A DNA stretch of 64,000 nucleotides from Utricularia gibba (lineage: Eukaryota; Plantae; Magnoliophyta): contig NEEC01000026.1 in NCBI GenBank assembly GCA_002189035.1, positions 186,001 through 250,000 on the forward strand, read 5' to 3'. Made by a program: the position numbers and the translations under genes. The notes under the pieces are model-generated. The model ran no database searches and was not told the origin of the DNA. It worked only from the letters and a program-made list of their open reading frames with translations. Of the stretch, positions 26,532 to 39,736 are shown in pieces. The stretch's first letter is position 1. Each line of letters begins with the position of its first letter.

Positions 26532-27362
26532 ATCCCTTGGTTCCTAAACGGCCCCAAACAGCTTCCTTTACTACTGCGACACATCAGATATGTGAAGTCA
26601 ATTCAACTTGTTGGGCAAGGATACACCCAAAACAAACTAATTCAGGGCTGATTACTGATATTCGGGAATTTTCATGAGACGCATCCACTTTCTGAACTGT
26701 TACAATCAAAAGAGATTCCATATGCATTCAAAAAAAAAAAAAAAAGAAGGAAAAACGAACTTGCGGATGCTAGCACAACGACCTAAAAACATAGAAATAG
26801 AACGAAAGAATGTGTCAACGGAAAAAAAAAAACTCCAGATTAGATAACCCTTCATCGCACAAAACATCCACACACGCACATACTCCACAAGTACCTGCCA
26901 CTCCAAAGACTGGCGACGATTGAACGAAAACCCAGTAGCGAAAGTTGAGGGGATCCCCCCGTCAAAAAGGCTCCCCCTTTGCGAGTCAGAAAGCAGTCCG
27001 TGGAGTCGACCACTGGAGGGTATTTTGGGAACTCTTCGGTAGCTAGCTACCCTCCAATGTCGCCCCCTTTCCCTTCCCCGCCTTGAGAAGCTTCTAGATT
27101 CCCATCAATTAATCCCATTACAAACTGCAAAGGTGAGCTGATCCCGCCGCCCTACCCACCCACCTCACGGCGGCCTGATTTTTCGTTACTCCAAATTTCT
27201 ATTATTATAATAATAGCAACTATTTCCGTATTGAAGCAACAAAACATAGGCATAATTTCCGTTAAGCCGGACCAATGAAGAGAGAGAGAGAGAGCATCTG
27301 CGGCTGGAAAACAAAAACAAAAAAACAAAACAAAACAAAAGGAAAGTAAAGGAATGACGGCG

Positions 27363-28935
27363 TCAGCGCCCCCTTGATGAAGCTTCATGCAGCTCTTCCT
27401 GTGAAGACGGAAAAAGCTCTATGTAACGGGCTCCCAGAGTCATCCGATCCTTCGACAATGCTTCTTTCGCATCTTCTGCGTTGCAGAACTCGATGAACGC
27501 TTCTCCTGTTGGCCTTCCCTCGGAGTTAACTATGATCTGGATCGACTCCTCTGATAATGTGAAGTTCTTGAAGAACTCTATTATATCATCCTTCCCGGCA
27601 GAAAATGGCAACCCCCTCATCCGCAGTATGGGAACTCTAGCCCCACCTCCATCCTTCCCCTCCACAACAGACTTTGAAAGAAGCCTGATTTGTCAAGGTT
27701 GTAACAAGAAACAAATAATTCTTGCCTAATCCAGGATTATAATCATGCGAAGCTAGCAGCAGGGATAGTGTTTCTCAGTGGTCAGGGGGCAAATATTAGA
27801 CACGGATTCTAGAGAAACGATATGTCAGCAGCACCCAGTAGACAGTTAAATCACAAGGGACGCGTACCTTCCCCTGTTAGCAGCTTCCTCCAGCTCCTCA
27901 CGTGATGCAGGGAAAAGCTCGATATAGCGATTTCCCAGGGTCATCCTATCCTTAGCCATTGCAGCTTTAGAGTCTTCGGGACTTGCAAACTCTACAATTG
28001 CTTCACCAGCAGGTCGCCCCTCAGAATTTGCTATCAGATGAATTTTTTCTTCTGGAAGATCAAAATCCTTGAAGAAGTTTTTAATTTCTTCCCTGGTGGC
28101 AGAGAATGGCAAACCCCTCAACCGCAATAATCCTTTAAACTCAGACAAGTCTCTCGCCTCATCTGGAGATCTTGCTCTTGGGGCAGCACGCCGAGGTGAA
28201 CCACCAGGAGCATCAAAAACTTCATTGGCTATGGCCTTGTAGTATTCCTCTTTTCTGCTTCTAAAAACTTCTACATATCTGCGGCCTATGTTTTGCCTAT
28301 TCCTCTGCAGAGCGAAATCAATCTGAAGAGGATAACCCAACACACAGTACGCTTCCCCTGTAAATTTCCCACCCTTGTGCACAAACAGGACATCAATCAC
28401 ATCCAGACCATGGAAGAAATCCACAATCTCAGCTTCTGCACAATCAAAAGGCAGTCCTCGAAGTCGAACTACAGGGAATGGCGGCGGTGCATAGGAATAC
28501 GAAGGCGGAGGTGGAGGGAGAGCGTTGTACATATAACTCGGACCAGAAGCACCATAATCCATCAATCTCTGCCTTTTGAAACTCATCTCCCGTGCATCGC
28601 CCGAATCAGCATACTTCCTTCATTGAAAAACCAAATAAAGTCAGGCTACCAAATCAGAAAACCATCATCATATTTTTTCAATGGGCATCCTAACTACAAA
28701 GTCATTTTTGGGTTTTGGCTCTATTCTTGCATTTTTGTTGAAGCACAAATTAGAAGCATTTTCTGCATAGCCACGAGGATCAAAGGACAAAATTTTACTG
28801 GTGAACCCACGCAAGAGATCCCCAATTTGAAGCCCAAAACGACGCAACAAGGCGCGGATGAAACCAGTGCATGGGAATCAATGATCCTAAAGCCAAAGGA
28901 AAGAAGAGAGAACGGGACTTACCCCGGAGATACAT
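27363..28935 (-). CDS. hnRNP F/H-like RNA-binding protein with three qRRMs; exons 28923-28935 (out of frame, see findings), 27868-28617, 27363-27684; usable in-frame ATG at 28586
   Basis: Three RLRGLPF/RMRGLPF...RYIE/RYVE qRRM units. A phase-2 GT-AG intron (27685-27867) joins the 246-aa and 100-aa ORFs in frame. Confidence 0.85.
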
Positions 28936-29457
28936 GTTTCTGGAATCTGGATTACCGGAAAGTGTTCGCGTATGGCTCCTGCTGCGTTCGGAGGCTCCCC
29001 TAATTCCTTTCCCCTACTGACTAAAACGACGTCGTCCTACACCTAATCCTCCCTCCTTTTTCTTTAATTACTGATTTTTTTTTTTATGAAGTATGAAATA
29101 TGTTGAGCTTTTTAACAAACTTGCCCCATTATAAAAAAAAGGTATTAGTCAAATAGTCATATTCTTTATTTTTTAGCAAACTAACTCTCTTTTATGTATT
29201 TTTTTGTTAAATAGGCACTATTGTTTCTCAATATTATATAATATCATATTTATACATTAAAAATAGCTAATTATATTCAAAAAAAGTAAATAATATATAT
29301 AATATGTCTACAAGAATATATAATTTTTGGTAATTAAACTACAATTTTCAATTTATATGAAAACAGTATTAATTCAAATATGACTACAAAAAAGTAATTT
29401 ATTAGTAGTATATTTTATTTAATTAAAATTTTATAAAAAAATATAACTTGCAATAAA

Positions 29458-29519
29458 GAGGAATCGAACCCATGATCATCCAATTTAGAGAATAAAAATT
29501 AACCAATTAAACTAGGGGC
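29458..29519 (-). mobile_element. Degenerate tRNA-derived SINE head or tRNA pseudogene
   Basis: Minus strand GCCCCTAGTTTAATTGG (A-box-like) ... GGGTTCGATTCC (B-box) at tRNA-like spacing; no intact cloverleaf. Confidence 0.4.
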
Positions 29520-30366
29520 ATAAGTTTATATATAAATCATACTCATGCACCATTTTTTACAGGCATGAATTGTGGGTAAGCACCATCCATGATTTGTTTA
29601 TATACGGTTGCAGTTATGTATAGCCCACGGTGATATGTGATAAAAGGTGGGATGAGGAAAGAGAATCGAGATTTGCTACGGACACGCCTATATGTGGTGA
29701 GGGGAAGGGAATCCGAGGATTTATTATGCCCGTGATTTTGTTATAATCACATCCTTATCTACTATTTTATTTGCTTTTGTATTTTATTTGAAATAATTAC
29801 AGTAATTAATTTAATTTACATTAAAAATAATTCTATTATTCTTTATTTAAAAAGATTGTTATAATATTATAACAATAAATAATTATTTATAAAGATAAGA
29901 ACTTATACATCTAATTCATTCAAATTGATTCTAATTTTTTTGTTAGAGTCAAATTTTAATAAAAAAAATTATATCTCATATATATATATATATATGTGCA
30001 ATTATATACAAAATTAAATACATATGTATATTTATTTATTTATAAGAAATGATATTTTGATATAATAATATTATATTTACAAGCATTATGAATAAATGAA
30101 ATTTAATAGTATTTTTAAGTTTCTAATAAATTATTTTTAATTTTTTAACATTCGACATCTATTTTTTAAAAACGCTAATGAATTGATTTCTTAGTTTGGG
30201 AGCCAAATTACAAGAATGGATTGGATTCAGCATGGTTAGATGTTCTATGATGATGATCCCTCAATTGATATTGTATAGTAAAATGAATGTGTAGAGTTTG
30301 TACTAATTGCACCTATCATATCTAGTATTAGAAGAGCTCTTGAGGCATATGAGGAATGTCGTACAC

Positions 30367-30424
30367 TTCAAGACACTATAGTACCTCTCTCCCCTTTCAA
30401 GACACTGTAGTACCTCTCTTCCCT
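30367..30424. repeat. 29-bp tandem duplication
   Basis: TTCAAGACACT(A/G)TAGTACCTCTCT(C/T)CCCT twice, two mismatches. Confidence 0.9.
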
Positions 30425-31074
30425 TGGTTTGGTGCTACTTCTCTTGGGTTCAGGTTACAGGTTGATGTTTTATGGCTGCAAGTTGTCGTATATTGTCCAG
30501 AATGACAACGCTAAGTTAATCTACTTGGGTTCGATACCAATAAGAATGGAACATCATCCCACTTAGCTTCATCTTGTAGGGGGCTAAAGTTATTTGCACC
30601 AAGTTTTTTCACTGAATATAACTTATTGAGAACCTTACATGAATCTATATTAAAGCTGTGACATGTCTATGTAGCGATGATAAGTAAGTGTTAAATTAGA
30701 AATGATCTTGTAACATGGCACTTGAAAATAGAGACCAATCTATTGTGTATAGTTGCATAAAACTCAAAAAGTTTTTCAAAATCGACAATGGCATGTCCTA
30801 TTGAAGATTTTAATAATGTGGATAACTTTACATGTGGGACTACTGTAAGATACAAAGCCTATCATTATGGCTCTATTGTACTATGTTGCTTTGTTCAATG
30901 TTGAATGTGTTTATGAAAAAGATAATTAAACAAGATATATCATGTGTAGTGAAGTGTGAAAGTATCATACATTGACAATGAATGTAGTTGACAAGGAATA
31001 CTCCTCTTAGAAAACCCATTGGCTTTTTGGGCGTGGTTTGTTGTCATAATGTCAAATCCAAAAATCAAGTGAAG

Positions 31075-32241
31075 TGTCAGGAGCCTCTTCTCGGAGGGCC
31101 GTTTGGGAATTGATAACACATATTTTTGAGTGGCTCAATGCATGTAATTTACTCATTTTGTACTACAAAAATTAAGCTTAATTGCCTGTTTATATATTTT
31201 TGCACATAAGTACCGTAGGAGTGCACTTTTAGTCTTAGATTTAGTCCCAACCTTCTAACAGTTCCCTTCGAGCAATGCAGCGTAGATCCTACACGAAGAG
31301 AAAGGTTAATGAATTGTTCGTTGTAAGACCCCAAATCCCGATCCATGCGAAGTTCAAACAAGTCTACCATGGCGGAGACTGTCACATTATTCAAAAAATT
31401 TTCGCAACAATCCCCTCTAACCAACTCCCACGTTAGGGGTTGAGCGCTCCGTGAGAGTTTCATAAACCAGGATTGTGCGGATCCATCCAGACTTGTGGCA
31501 ACTATTTGTAGTTTCTCCTCCTCTGTTGAAATAAGGTGATATGCAAAGAAATAATCCATCTTGTTCGCCTAATGGTTTGGGTCCGAACTGCCGTCCAATT
31601 TGGGAACATCGAGGCGAGCAGCCTTGAAGCTCCGTTGAGAAGAGCTGGTCTATTGCTCTCCGGAAGGTGGAGTACTCGGGTACCCACGAGGGCTCCGTCC
31701 CCCAGAAGCTTGCGAGCGTGTGCAACCTTATAGGGTTTCCATCCTATTCACCAGCTTGTCCAATTGTGATTGTAGCGTACGCTGAAATGAATCTATTCTC
31801 TCTAATCGATTTGTCAACATTTTGAATTGCTCTGGATCCATGGATGCCGATGAGGCCAAAGGAATCGACTGCTCTGATACCAAGTTGTCAGGAGCCTCTT
31901 CTCGGAGGGCCATTTAGGAACGAGTACGCGGCCATTCAGTGAGGAACTCAACCGGATCCAATTGCCGGTAGGAGTGTTTCTTCCTGTTCCCTATCGTGAA
32001 GACAAGAAAGAGGAATCGAACAATTCTAAAAGAAGGCTTCAAGAACTGAGTGGGTCAACTAGAAACTAAAGCTGTCATTACAAAAGCGGTCAAACCATAT
32101 ATAATGTCTAAGGCAAGACCCTGCTCAAAATACTACGGCACAATGGCTTCTAATTAAGCCTCCCTTTTTTCATGACTTTCTGTTGCTCTGCGTCTTCGGC
32201 TATATACCAGAGGGTCCTTCCTGGGAGTTGGGGTCCTCACA
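31075..32241 (-). mobile_element. Internally deleted chromovirus-type Ty3/gypsy element (5' LTR 31886-32241, iMet PBS 31871-31882, partial gag, 36-bp 3' LTR stub 31075-31110)
   Basis: 356-bp LTR TG...CA followed by TGGTATCAGAGC; gag DYFFAYH..EKLQIVATSLDGSAQSWF; TSD TGAAG at 31070-31074 and 32242-32246. Confidence 0.88.
31111..31293 (+). mobile_element. 5' fragment of a family-A Athila-like LTR
   Basis: Begins TGATAACACATATTTTTGAGTG and aligns with the start of the LTR at 50817 (minus). Confidence 0.8.
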
Positions 32242-32954
32242 TGAAGTAAGTCGTGTATTTAGTAGAACTCAAAATTAATTGAGCATATTGTATATGGAAA
32301 AGAAATTTAGTGTACCTTGCCTTTTCATTGCGCAATAATGTCCACATCTATAATGGTAGGTCCATTAGATACTAGTGAGCTCCCATATGAGTGCAATAGA
32401 TCGTTTCTATGAGGAGGTTGAAATCCTCGACATGTGGTGTTGATCCAACTGCTCCAACTAAGCCATCTAAATTATTATGCATAAGACAATTCAAGCACAC
32501 ATGATGTAGAAAAATTGATGATTCCCATTAGCAACCCATAACTAAGAAGAAAATTAATGTTTAGAAAGGAATTCACTCAAATTTACCCTCAAGAAAATGA
32601 ATTTCTTGCAACCAAATTATGAAAGAAAGGAGAAAAATTAGGAGACATATTTCATAATGAGAAAGAATTGGAAATAATAATTCTTGAACACCACAAGTTC
32701 AATAGCTTGATAAATCAAAAGTGTTTCAAGTACTCAAACAAAAATAAATTCCTCAGAAGATTTATAAAACAAGCAAACATCACCTAAAGAAGATATCTCT
32801 ATAGTATTTATACTCTAAATTTTGAGCCTTAACATAATTAAGTCCAAACAAAATAAAAAAACTGAACGATCAAATCCAATAGCACACATAAATATTAAGA
32901 CACATTTTGGGTTCTAAAGTAAATCCACATTCAAGCAGTTGAATTCCTTGGTGG

Positions 32955-35900
32955 TGATAACATATATTTTTGAGTGTTTTAAGGTAGAAAAATTATTAAT
33001 ATTTTATTATAAAACTCGGATTATATTGTGTGTTTCTATATTTTTGTGATTATCAGCATAGTATGCGTCTTTTATTCCTAATATATTCAGTCCCAACCTT
33101 AGTTCTAATCAATTTCTTGAGCAATATAACACCTTTTAATAATCCAAATCCCAAAGAGCCAAAAAATGAAAAAAGGACAAAAGCTGAAATAAGTACATCA
33201 AATCCCTATGCAAAGAAGAAAATTAGATTTTTGGAATAATGAATAAAAAGAAGACTATCACCCATTGGGGAACACGCCATATACAATTCTGGGAAAAGGA
33301 TTTGTTAGGAAAAGAGTAGTAGAACCATTGAGGAATAAGAAGACAAAACCATGATTCAAGCCATCTTTTGAAGTTTTCTTCTGCTTATGAAGGACACTAT
33401 TCTTTGCTAGGAGTTATTTTTGATTTTCTACAAGAAATATTTGTTGTTTATGATTCTGTTATGCGTTTTATGTTGTTGTTGAACTTTAGAACCAAGATAA
33501 TGTTCATAAAATGTTAGGAAAATATTTTTCTTTTCCTAAGTATAAGTGGCTAGGTACTTGGGAGTGCCTTGGGACAAAAGGGGATGACTATGCTTAATGT
33601 CACTAGAGCACACTATCATTGAATTACTCTAATACCTTAACAAACCAAGATAAATTCAGGAAGAGGGGGGGGGGGGGGTAGTGATTTTCATCTTAAATAA
33701 CCCTAATTAGAGTAGCCCAAAAATTAGAAAAAAACAAGGGTTTGAGTAGACTTAAACCTTTGCTTGTTAGGTGAATGACTTTAAGTTTGGGTGGGATAGT
33801 TGTAGTGATTAGCATGCTACCCCTAAGTGTTACAAGGTATCAACTTCTTTTATTTTATATAAACATATGCTTTTATCGATTTACTATCTTTCTGCACATT
33901 ATTGTCGAATTGCTTTAATCTTATCTTAGACTAAATCTCTTAACCGTGACAAAATTTGAATGCATTGACTTTCACATAGCAAATACCTAGCTCCTTGTGT
34001 TCAACCCTAGTTCACTATGCTCATATTTCTGTATGATTGGATGTGAATTAGGCTTATATATTTATTTGATTGGAAAAATTGCATATTCATGACGTGTGCT
34101 AAATTTTTAGTTGATGCATTTGTGTTCTTTTGGTACAGGTAATCTTGTTTTCTATCTAAAAATTGAAAGAGCTATCAGTAAGAACCACACAAGAGTGAGA
34201 GAAGACTCACTACTGCAACTCAAGCTAATTTGATCATAGCAAAACAAGAGAAGACCTTGAATGAACTTGATGCAGCTGACCATATGTACAAGGGGCTATG
34301 CATCAAGTTTTCTAATGATACAGGCAATGAATTAAAGACAACTATGATTAATTTTTTACTTAAGTATGATGAGAAAGTGGGTGAAAACTCACACGAACAT
34401 CTAGATAATGTCATTGATGTTTGCACCTCTTTTAAAAGTTCTAGGATGAATGAGGAGACCATATGTTTAAGGGCATTTCAATTTACATTGGAAGGAAGTG
34501 CAAAAACGTGATTCAACTCTTTGAAGACTAGGAGCATCATAGATTGGAGTGGTATTATTGAGTAAATATTTCCCTGTTTCAATGACTGAAGGAATAAGGA
34601 AGGAGATTAGTTATATTGAGCAGTCAATTGGCAAATCTTTACATGAATATTGAGAGCGATTTAATCACGTGCTAGGATCTTGCCCACACCACAGATTTCA
34701 GATCAATGCATTGGTTAAATATTTTTATGATGGACTTCTATATATAGACAAGGCTTTGGTGGATTCTACAATAGGTGGATTTTTAAGAAAAAAAACTCCC
34801 ACATAACCTCTTGCATTGATTGAGGAGTTGGTTCAGCACTCCAAACATATTATTAGAAAACAAGATTTGAACAAAAGAGTTAATGAGCTTGAATGCAGGC
34901 CAAAAGCATCAGAAAATGAGTTGACAAAAAATGTGGGTGTCATGTCTTAAATGATGAAGGAATTATTTTTATTCCAAACTAAGAATACCTGCTGCATAAT
35001 ATGTCCATTTTATGATTTATGATGTGCTATTTGTAAGAGACATAGGATTTAATGCCTTATATAAACGTGAATTGTTTGTTATGTGATGTTTGTTGCATAA
35101 GAAATCATTGAATTCAGGGGCAATTTTAGCAGAGAAAATGAACAAGGACAATAGACAAAGCACCATCAATCATCTTGGGTTTGATAATGTAATTACCCTC
35201 CTTGCTCAAAGATTGTGTGTTGATAGAATTTCTAAGCTAGAATATTTTCATGTGAAGACAAAAATATTCCTTTTAAATGCTCAAGAACATGTGAAGGCAA
35301 TGGAATATTTGGAGCCACAAAAGAAGAAATTTGATCCTTATTCAAACACCTACAATCCAGGATGGAGGGATCATCCAATTTTCAGATGGAGCAATAATGA
35401 TAATGCTTACAAGGGCGAAAGTTCATCTGCAGGACAGCAAGGATTTCAACAAAATTTCTAGGAGCAGCAACAACGTTCTTATCAGGCTCCACCATTTTGC
35501 AAGCCAAACTAGTAGATGCAACAGCAATTTCATCCACCAATCCAAAATAATTCTAGAGGAAATTCGGGAAATTTTTTGGAGGATATTTTGAAAACTTTCA
35601 TGACTCAATCCATCAAGAATTAAGCTGAGAACCAATAAGCTATCAAGAACTTAAAAATTTAAGTAACTCAATTAGTGACTGAAGTTGGGGAACTGAAACA
35701 AAAGGGAAGTCTATCGTCGCAAGCCAAACGAAATCCCAACATTGGGGGAGGACAAAATATTAGTGCGATGACACTGAGGAGTGGAAAAGAAAAGCCTGAA
35801 AGAGAATTAGTCCAAACTGAGAGTAATTTACAGGTGGAAGAAGAATATGAAGTTGTGGTGGAAGGAGATACTAAAAAACAGGAGGTGGAGATTGCTACAA

Positions 35901-38900
35901 AACCTCTCGTGGTTAAAGTAACCTCACCACCATTTCTAGGAAGGTTGAAGGTGAGAGAGGAACAAAATGAGAAAGAAAAAATTTTGAGAGCTTTAGGTAT
36001 TACCCAATTGAACTTGACTCTTCTTGAGTACATTGAATTAGTGTCAAAAAGTGTGAAGTACCTGAAACAGCTATGTATGTCAAAGCCAAAATTGAAGGAA
36101 AAAGGTAAAGTGAAGTTGAGTGAAAATTGTTCAGCCCTTTTGACTTGGAAGCTATTTGAAAAAACACGAGGACCTTAGAACTTTCTTTATTCCTTGCAAA
36201 ATCGGTGACTTGAACATCAGAAGAGCAATGGCTGACCTGAGAGCCTCCATAAATGTGATGTCATTTTTTGTGTACGAGAATCTCAAGTTAGGATCTCTAC
36301 AAGCCTCAGGAGTATAAATTGAGCTTGCTGATGGAAGAGTAATTTCTCCAAAACGCTTGATTGAAGATGTCCTAATGAAAATTGAACAATTGGTGTTTTC
36401 AGCAGACTTTTATGTGATAAATATGCCTACTGGAAGTTCAAGAGATATGACCATCCAATGCCATAATTAATGTGAAGATGAGCACAATAGAATTATCTTT
36501 TGATGAAGAGAAGAGCACGCTAGACATGAAGGAAGTAAACAATTATCCTAGTGATTTTGAGAGTGTATGCTTAGTGGTAATGATGGATAAGTTGGTTGAG
36601 GAGCATTTTGAGAAGGCCATCCAAGAGAAGGAAGAAGAGCATGAGGAACCAGGTTACTGAAAATGGTCATTACAGGTGAATGCTATGCATATCAAGACCT
36701 TGGAAGAGAAGACAATTGAGTTGAAGCACCCACTAGCCCTGATCTTCAACAAATATTAAAGATGTTGCAGAAAAGATACAAAGGGAAGGAAGAATTGGTC
36801 AGTGAGGATGCACATGTTGAGCAACCCAAGATCATGTATCAGAAAAAGAAGAATGGGAGGAAGGCTCAAAAGAAGAAGAAGGAGACCACAATGCAGATAG
36901 GTGCTATAACAGCAGCAACAAGGGTGGAAGAAGAGGTCGAACATGAAACAAAGATGGCAATAGTAGAGGTTGAGGGAACCTTGGAAGATACAGAAGGAGT
37001 GCCTAATGACATTATAGCAGAATCTGACATACTAGAATGCTCTCTAGTAGAAGAGAAAGAGCCAACTGATGGTGATTCTGCAAGTGTACAGAAACCGTCG
37101 AAGTAATAAAATAAGATCGTATCCACAGGGAATTGTTATTGGAATTTTCTTTTCAAACAAAGACTCAAAAAGACTCAAAACAAAAGAAAGATTTGGTTTT
37201 AAAAACAATAAGAAAATTGGCTTTGGATCCAGGACTTACCTTACTTGAAACTCGCCCTTGTGTGTGTGCAAACCTTGAAGACTGACCTGCTTGCGCAAGC
37301 TCTGGGGGTGTTATTCTAAAGTAGTGCTACTCGGTGACCGTTATAGCACCGTCCCTTATTTTGTGGGATTATGAAATCAACCATGCCACCAGAGCCATTT
37401 CACCTCTTTTGATAACCCATGTTTTCCCCACACCCAAATCTAACCCCTACACCTCACACCTCGCAGAAAAATTAGACAGAATGTGCCTTACCAACGATGT
37501 TCGATTGAGCCCTTCTCCTCAGGTGCTTGAGGCCAACCTTTGATTCTTTCACACTCCCTTAGGGTTATGTGATACTAGAGAGCACGTTGATAAAGAAAAC
37601 ATTGTGAAAAATAGAATAAACCAGTTTGCCTATATGGAAAGAAAATGTAGGGACCTCTCGACAAGGACCAGACATAGTGAAGGACGGAAAGGATTGCTGT
37701 TGCAAGGAAAAAATTGATATGATATATGACCGGGTTGGGGATTTGCTAAGGGAAGTGGAGGAGTTGAAACAGGGAGTGAAGGACTCCTCCCTCATCAAGT
37801 AACATTGCTGCAATGTGTTTCATTTTTATTTTTATTTTTATTTTTGTTTTATGGCGTTAGTCTAAGTTAAGAGTAATTTAGTAGTGTAATGTTATGGTCA
37901 GGAGAATTTTTTGAATGGTTGAGCAATTTTCTTACAAGCATGGGATGTTTCTCATGATGCACGAAATGCATGAAATTTTTTTTGGCCATTTATAAACCAA
38001 TGAGCATATTTTCCCTTGATTATTTCCATGAGGTAGCAACATGTTCAATGTAGTCAGATTGGTGCATTCAATATTTTTTTTAAGTAAATTGGCATGTGTT
38101 GATCTTTCATGGAAGATTGGTTGTCACGAAATCCGCAGACTATAAAAAAAAAGGGGGTCGGAAAAGCATCATCACAAGAAAAGCGATGAGACCCACATCT
38201 TGAAAAGCAACACACAACAAAAGAGCATGTGTAGAGGTAGAGTAAAGAGCAAAGGGAGGTTACAGGAGCAACTCAGAGGAGTATAAAGTCCCTTGGAGGA
38301 ATGAGTAGGGGAGTGCATTGCCCACACTCACATACGAAGAGGGGAAGCAAAAAAATAAGGAAGACAATGAAAAAAAAGAGGGAGACGAAAAATAGTAATG
38401 ACAACCAGCATTCTTTGGAGGTAATTACATGTTATTCTTGCTCATTTAATCTACGAATGCACCTTTCAGGATGAAACTATAATGCATGCTTGAGTGATCG
38501 CCTGACTTGCACACCAACACACTTTGAATTCAGTCATCTTGTGCTGAATATTAAGCATCCATGTCGTTGTGTACGAAAGCCATCAACTATTTTCCTCCTG
38601 TTAGTCATAGTTAGGATTTGAGGACAAGTCTAGTGTTGTTCTTGCATAATGCGAATAGTATCATAGTTGTGTTTTTTATTCTTAGTTGGGACTAAATCGT
38701 AATTTAGACCCAACCTCAGTTCTAATAGTTTTTTTTTTCTGAGCAATGCAGTGCATGTCGGCAACCCAATCCCAAAGAGCTAGATATGAACAATGTAGTG
38801 GCAAAGGAAGAGGGAAAATGCTGAAAAGGACACAAAATCCAAGAAAAGAAAAAAGAAGGATTTTGGACAAAAATTGAGACAAGATGGAAAAAGGGGGTCT

Positions 38901-39736
38901 TCTCCATGGGAGAACATGACACATTTTTTTGGAGAAGAGATCTGGGGAAGAACAAGGAAGGATGACATAGGAGAAAAACAGGAACGAAGCTGAAATCTGA
39001 AGATTAACTTTCTATTTTTCAAGAGCATTATTCTTAGCTAATAGTAACCTGTGACGGTTTGAGTTTGTTGAACTTTTTAAATTCCTTACTTGTTTATTTT
39101 CTAGTTTTCGATTGTGAGATGAGTACAATGTGGATGATGTTTTACTTTCCATTTTCATTTACCTTAAGCATGAGTGGCTGGCACTTAGGGGTACCTAGAG
39201 GCGAAAAGGAAAGAAATGCGCTAATTAATCCTTAGATTTTTTTAACCATAAATCACTTCACTTCCTTAACAAACAAGATAGATCCAGGAGAAGGAAGTAG
39301 TGAAACTCATATGAAAAACCCTACTTAGAGGTAGACCAAAAATTAAGCGGAAAATAAAAGTTCGGGTAGACCTAGACTTTGTTGGTAAGAAGTTTGGTTT
39401 GTGGTTTGTGTGAGCATGTTTTAGTGATAAGCATACATCCCCTAAAAGTCCCAAGGCATCACTCATTTTATCTTAGATACAACCGAGTTCAAAATTTTGT
39501 AGCTTTTCCTTACTGTATTTTATCGTGAATCTGCCTTAGTTCTAGTTAAAACTAAATCTATCAACGTGACACTGATTGCATGTATTGACAATCACATGAT
39601 AAGCACCTGCTTTTTGTGTTCGACCCTAAACACTATGCTCATAATTATATTATGTTTGGATGTGTATTAGGTTATAAATTTTATTTGATAGAAAAATTTG
39701 CAAGTTTAGCGACGTTGCTAAATTTTTCGTTTATTA
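32955..39736 (+). mobile_element. Decayed RT-less Athila-like element, family A (5' LTR about 32955-34110 with PBS deleted; gag-PR remnants 34230-36700; 3' LTR about 38651-39736)
   Basis: gag and protease fragments collinear with 54510-56966; LTR homology to 49663-50817; TSD GGTGG at 32950-32954 and 39737-39741. Confidence 0.8.
37067..37560 (-). mobile_element. Truncated LTR end of another Ty3/gypsy family nested in reverse orientation
   Basis: TGATGGTGATTCTGCAAGTGTACAG...GATCGTATCCACAGGGA resembles a reverse-complemented Athila/Tat LTR terminus; family-A homology resumes near 37620. Confidence 0.5.

Larger units (their letters stand above)
30250..32500 (-). mobile_element. MULE/MuDR transposase remnants (SWIM-like RTCHCRF near 30790; LVGAVGSTPHVEDFNLLIET near 32450), interrupted by the chromovirus
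   Basis: Motif resemblance plus DNA homology of 32418-32500 to 39935-40035, which lies beside a clear MULE DDE fragment. Confidence 0.5.

Noticed and set aside
28293-29003. 236-aa plus-strand ORF
   Set aside because: Antisense shadow of the hnRNP gene and its intron; no motifs.
33665-33678. G14 homopolymer
   Set aside because: Inside an LTR; ordinary slippage.
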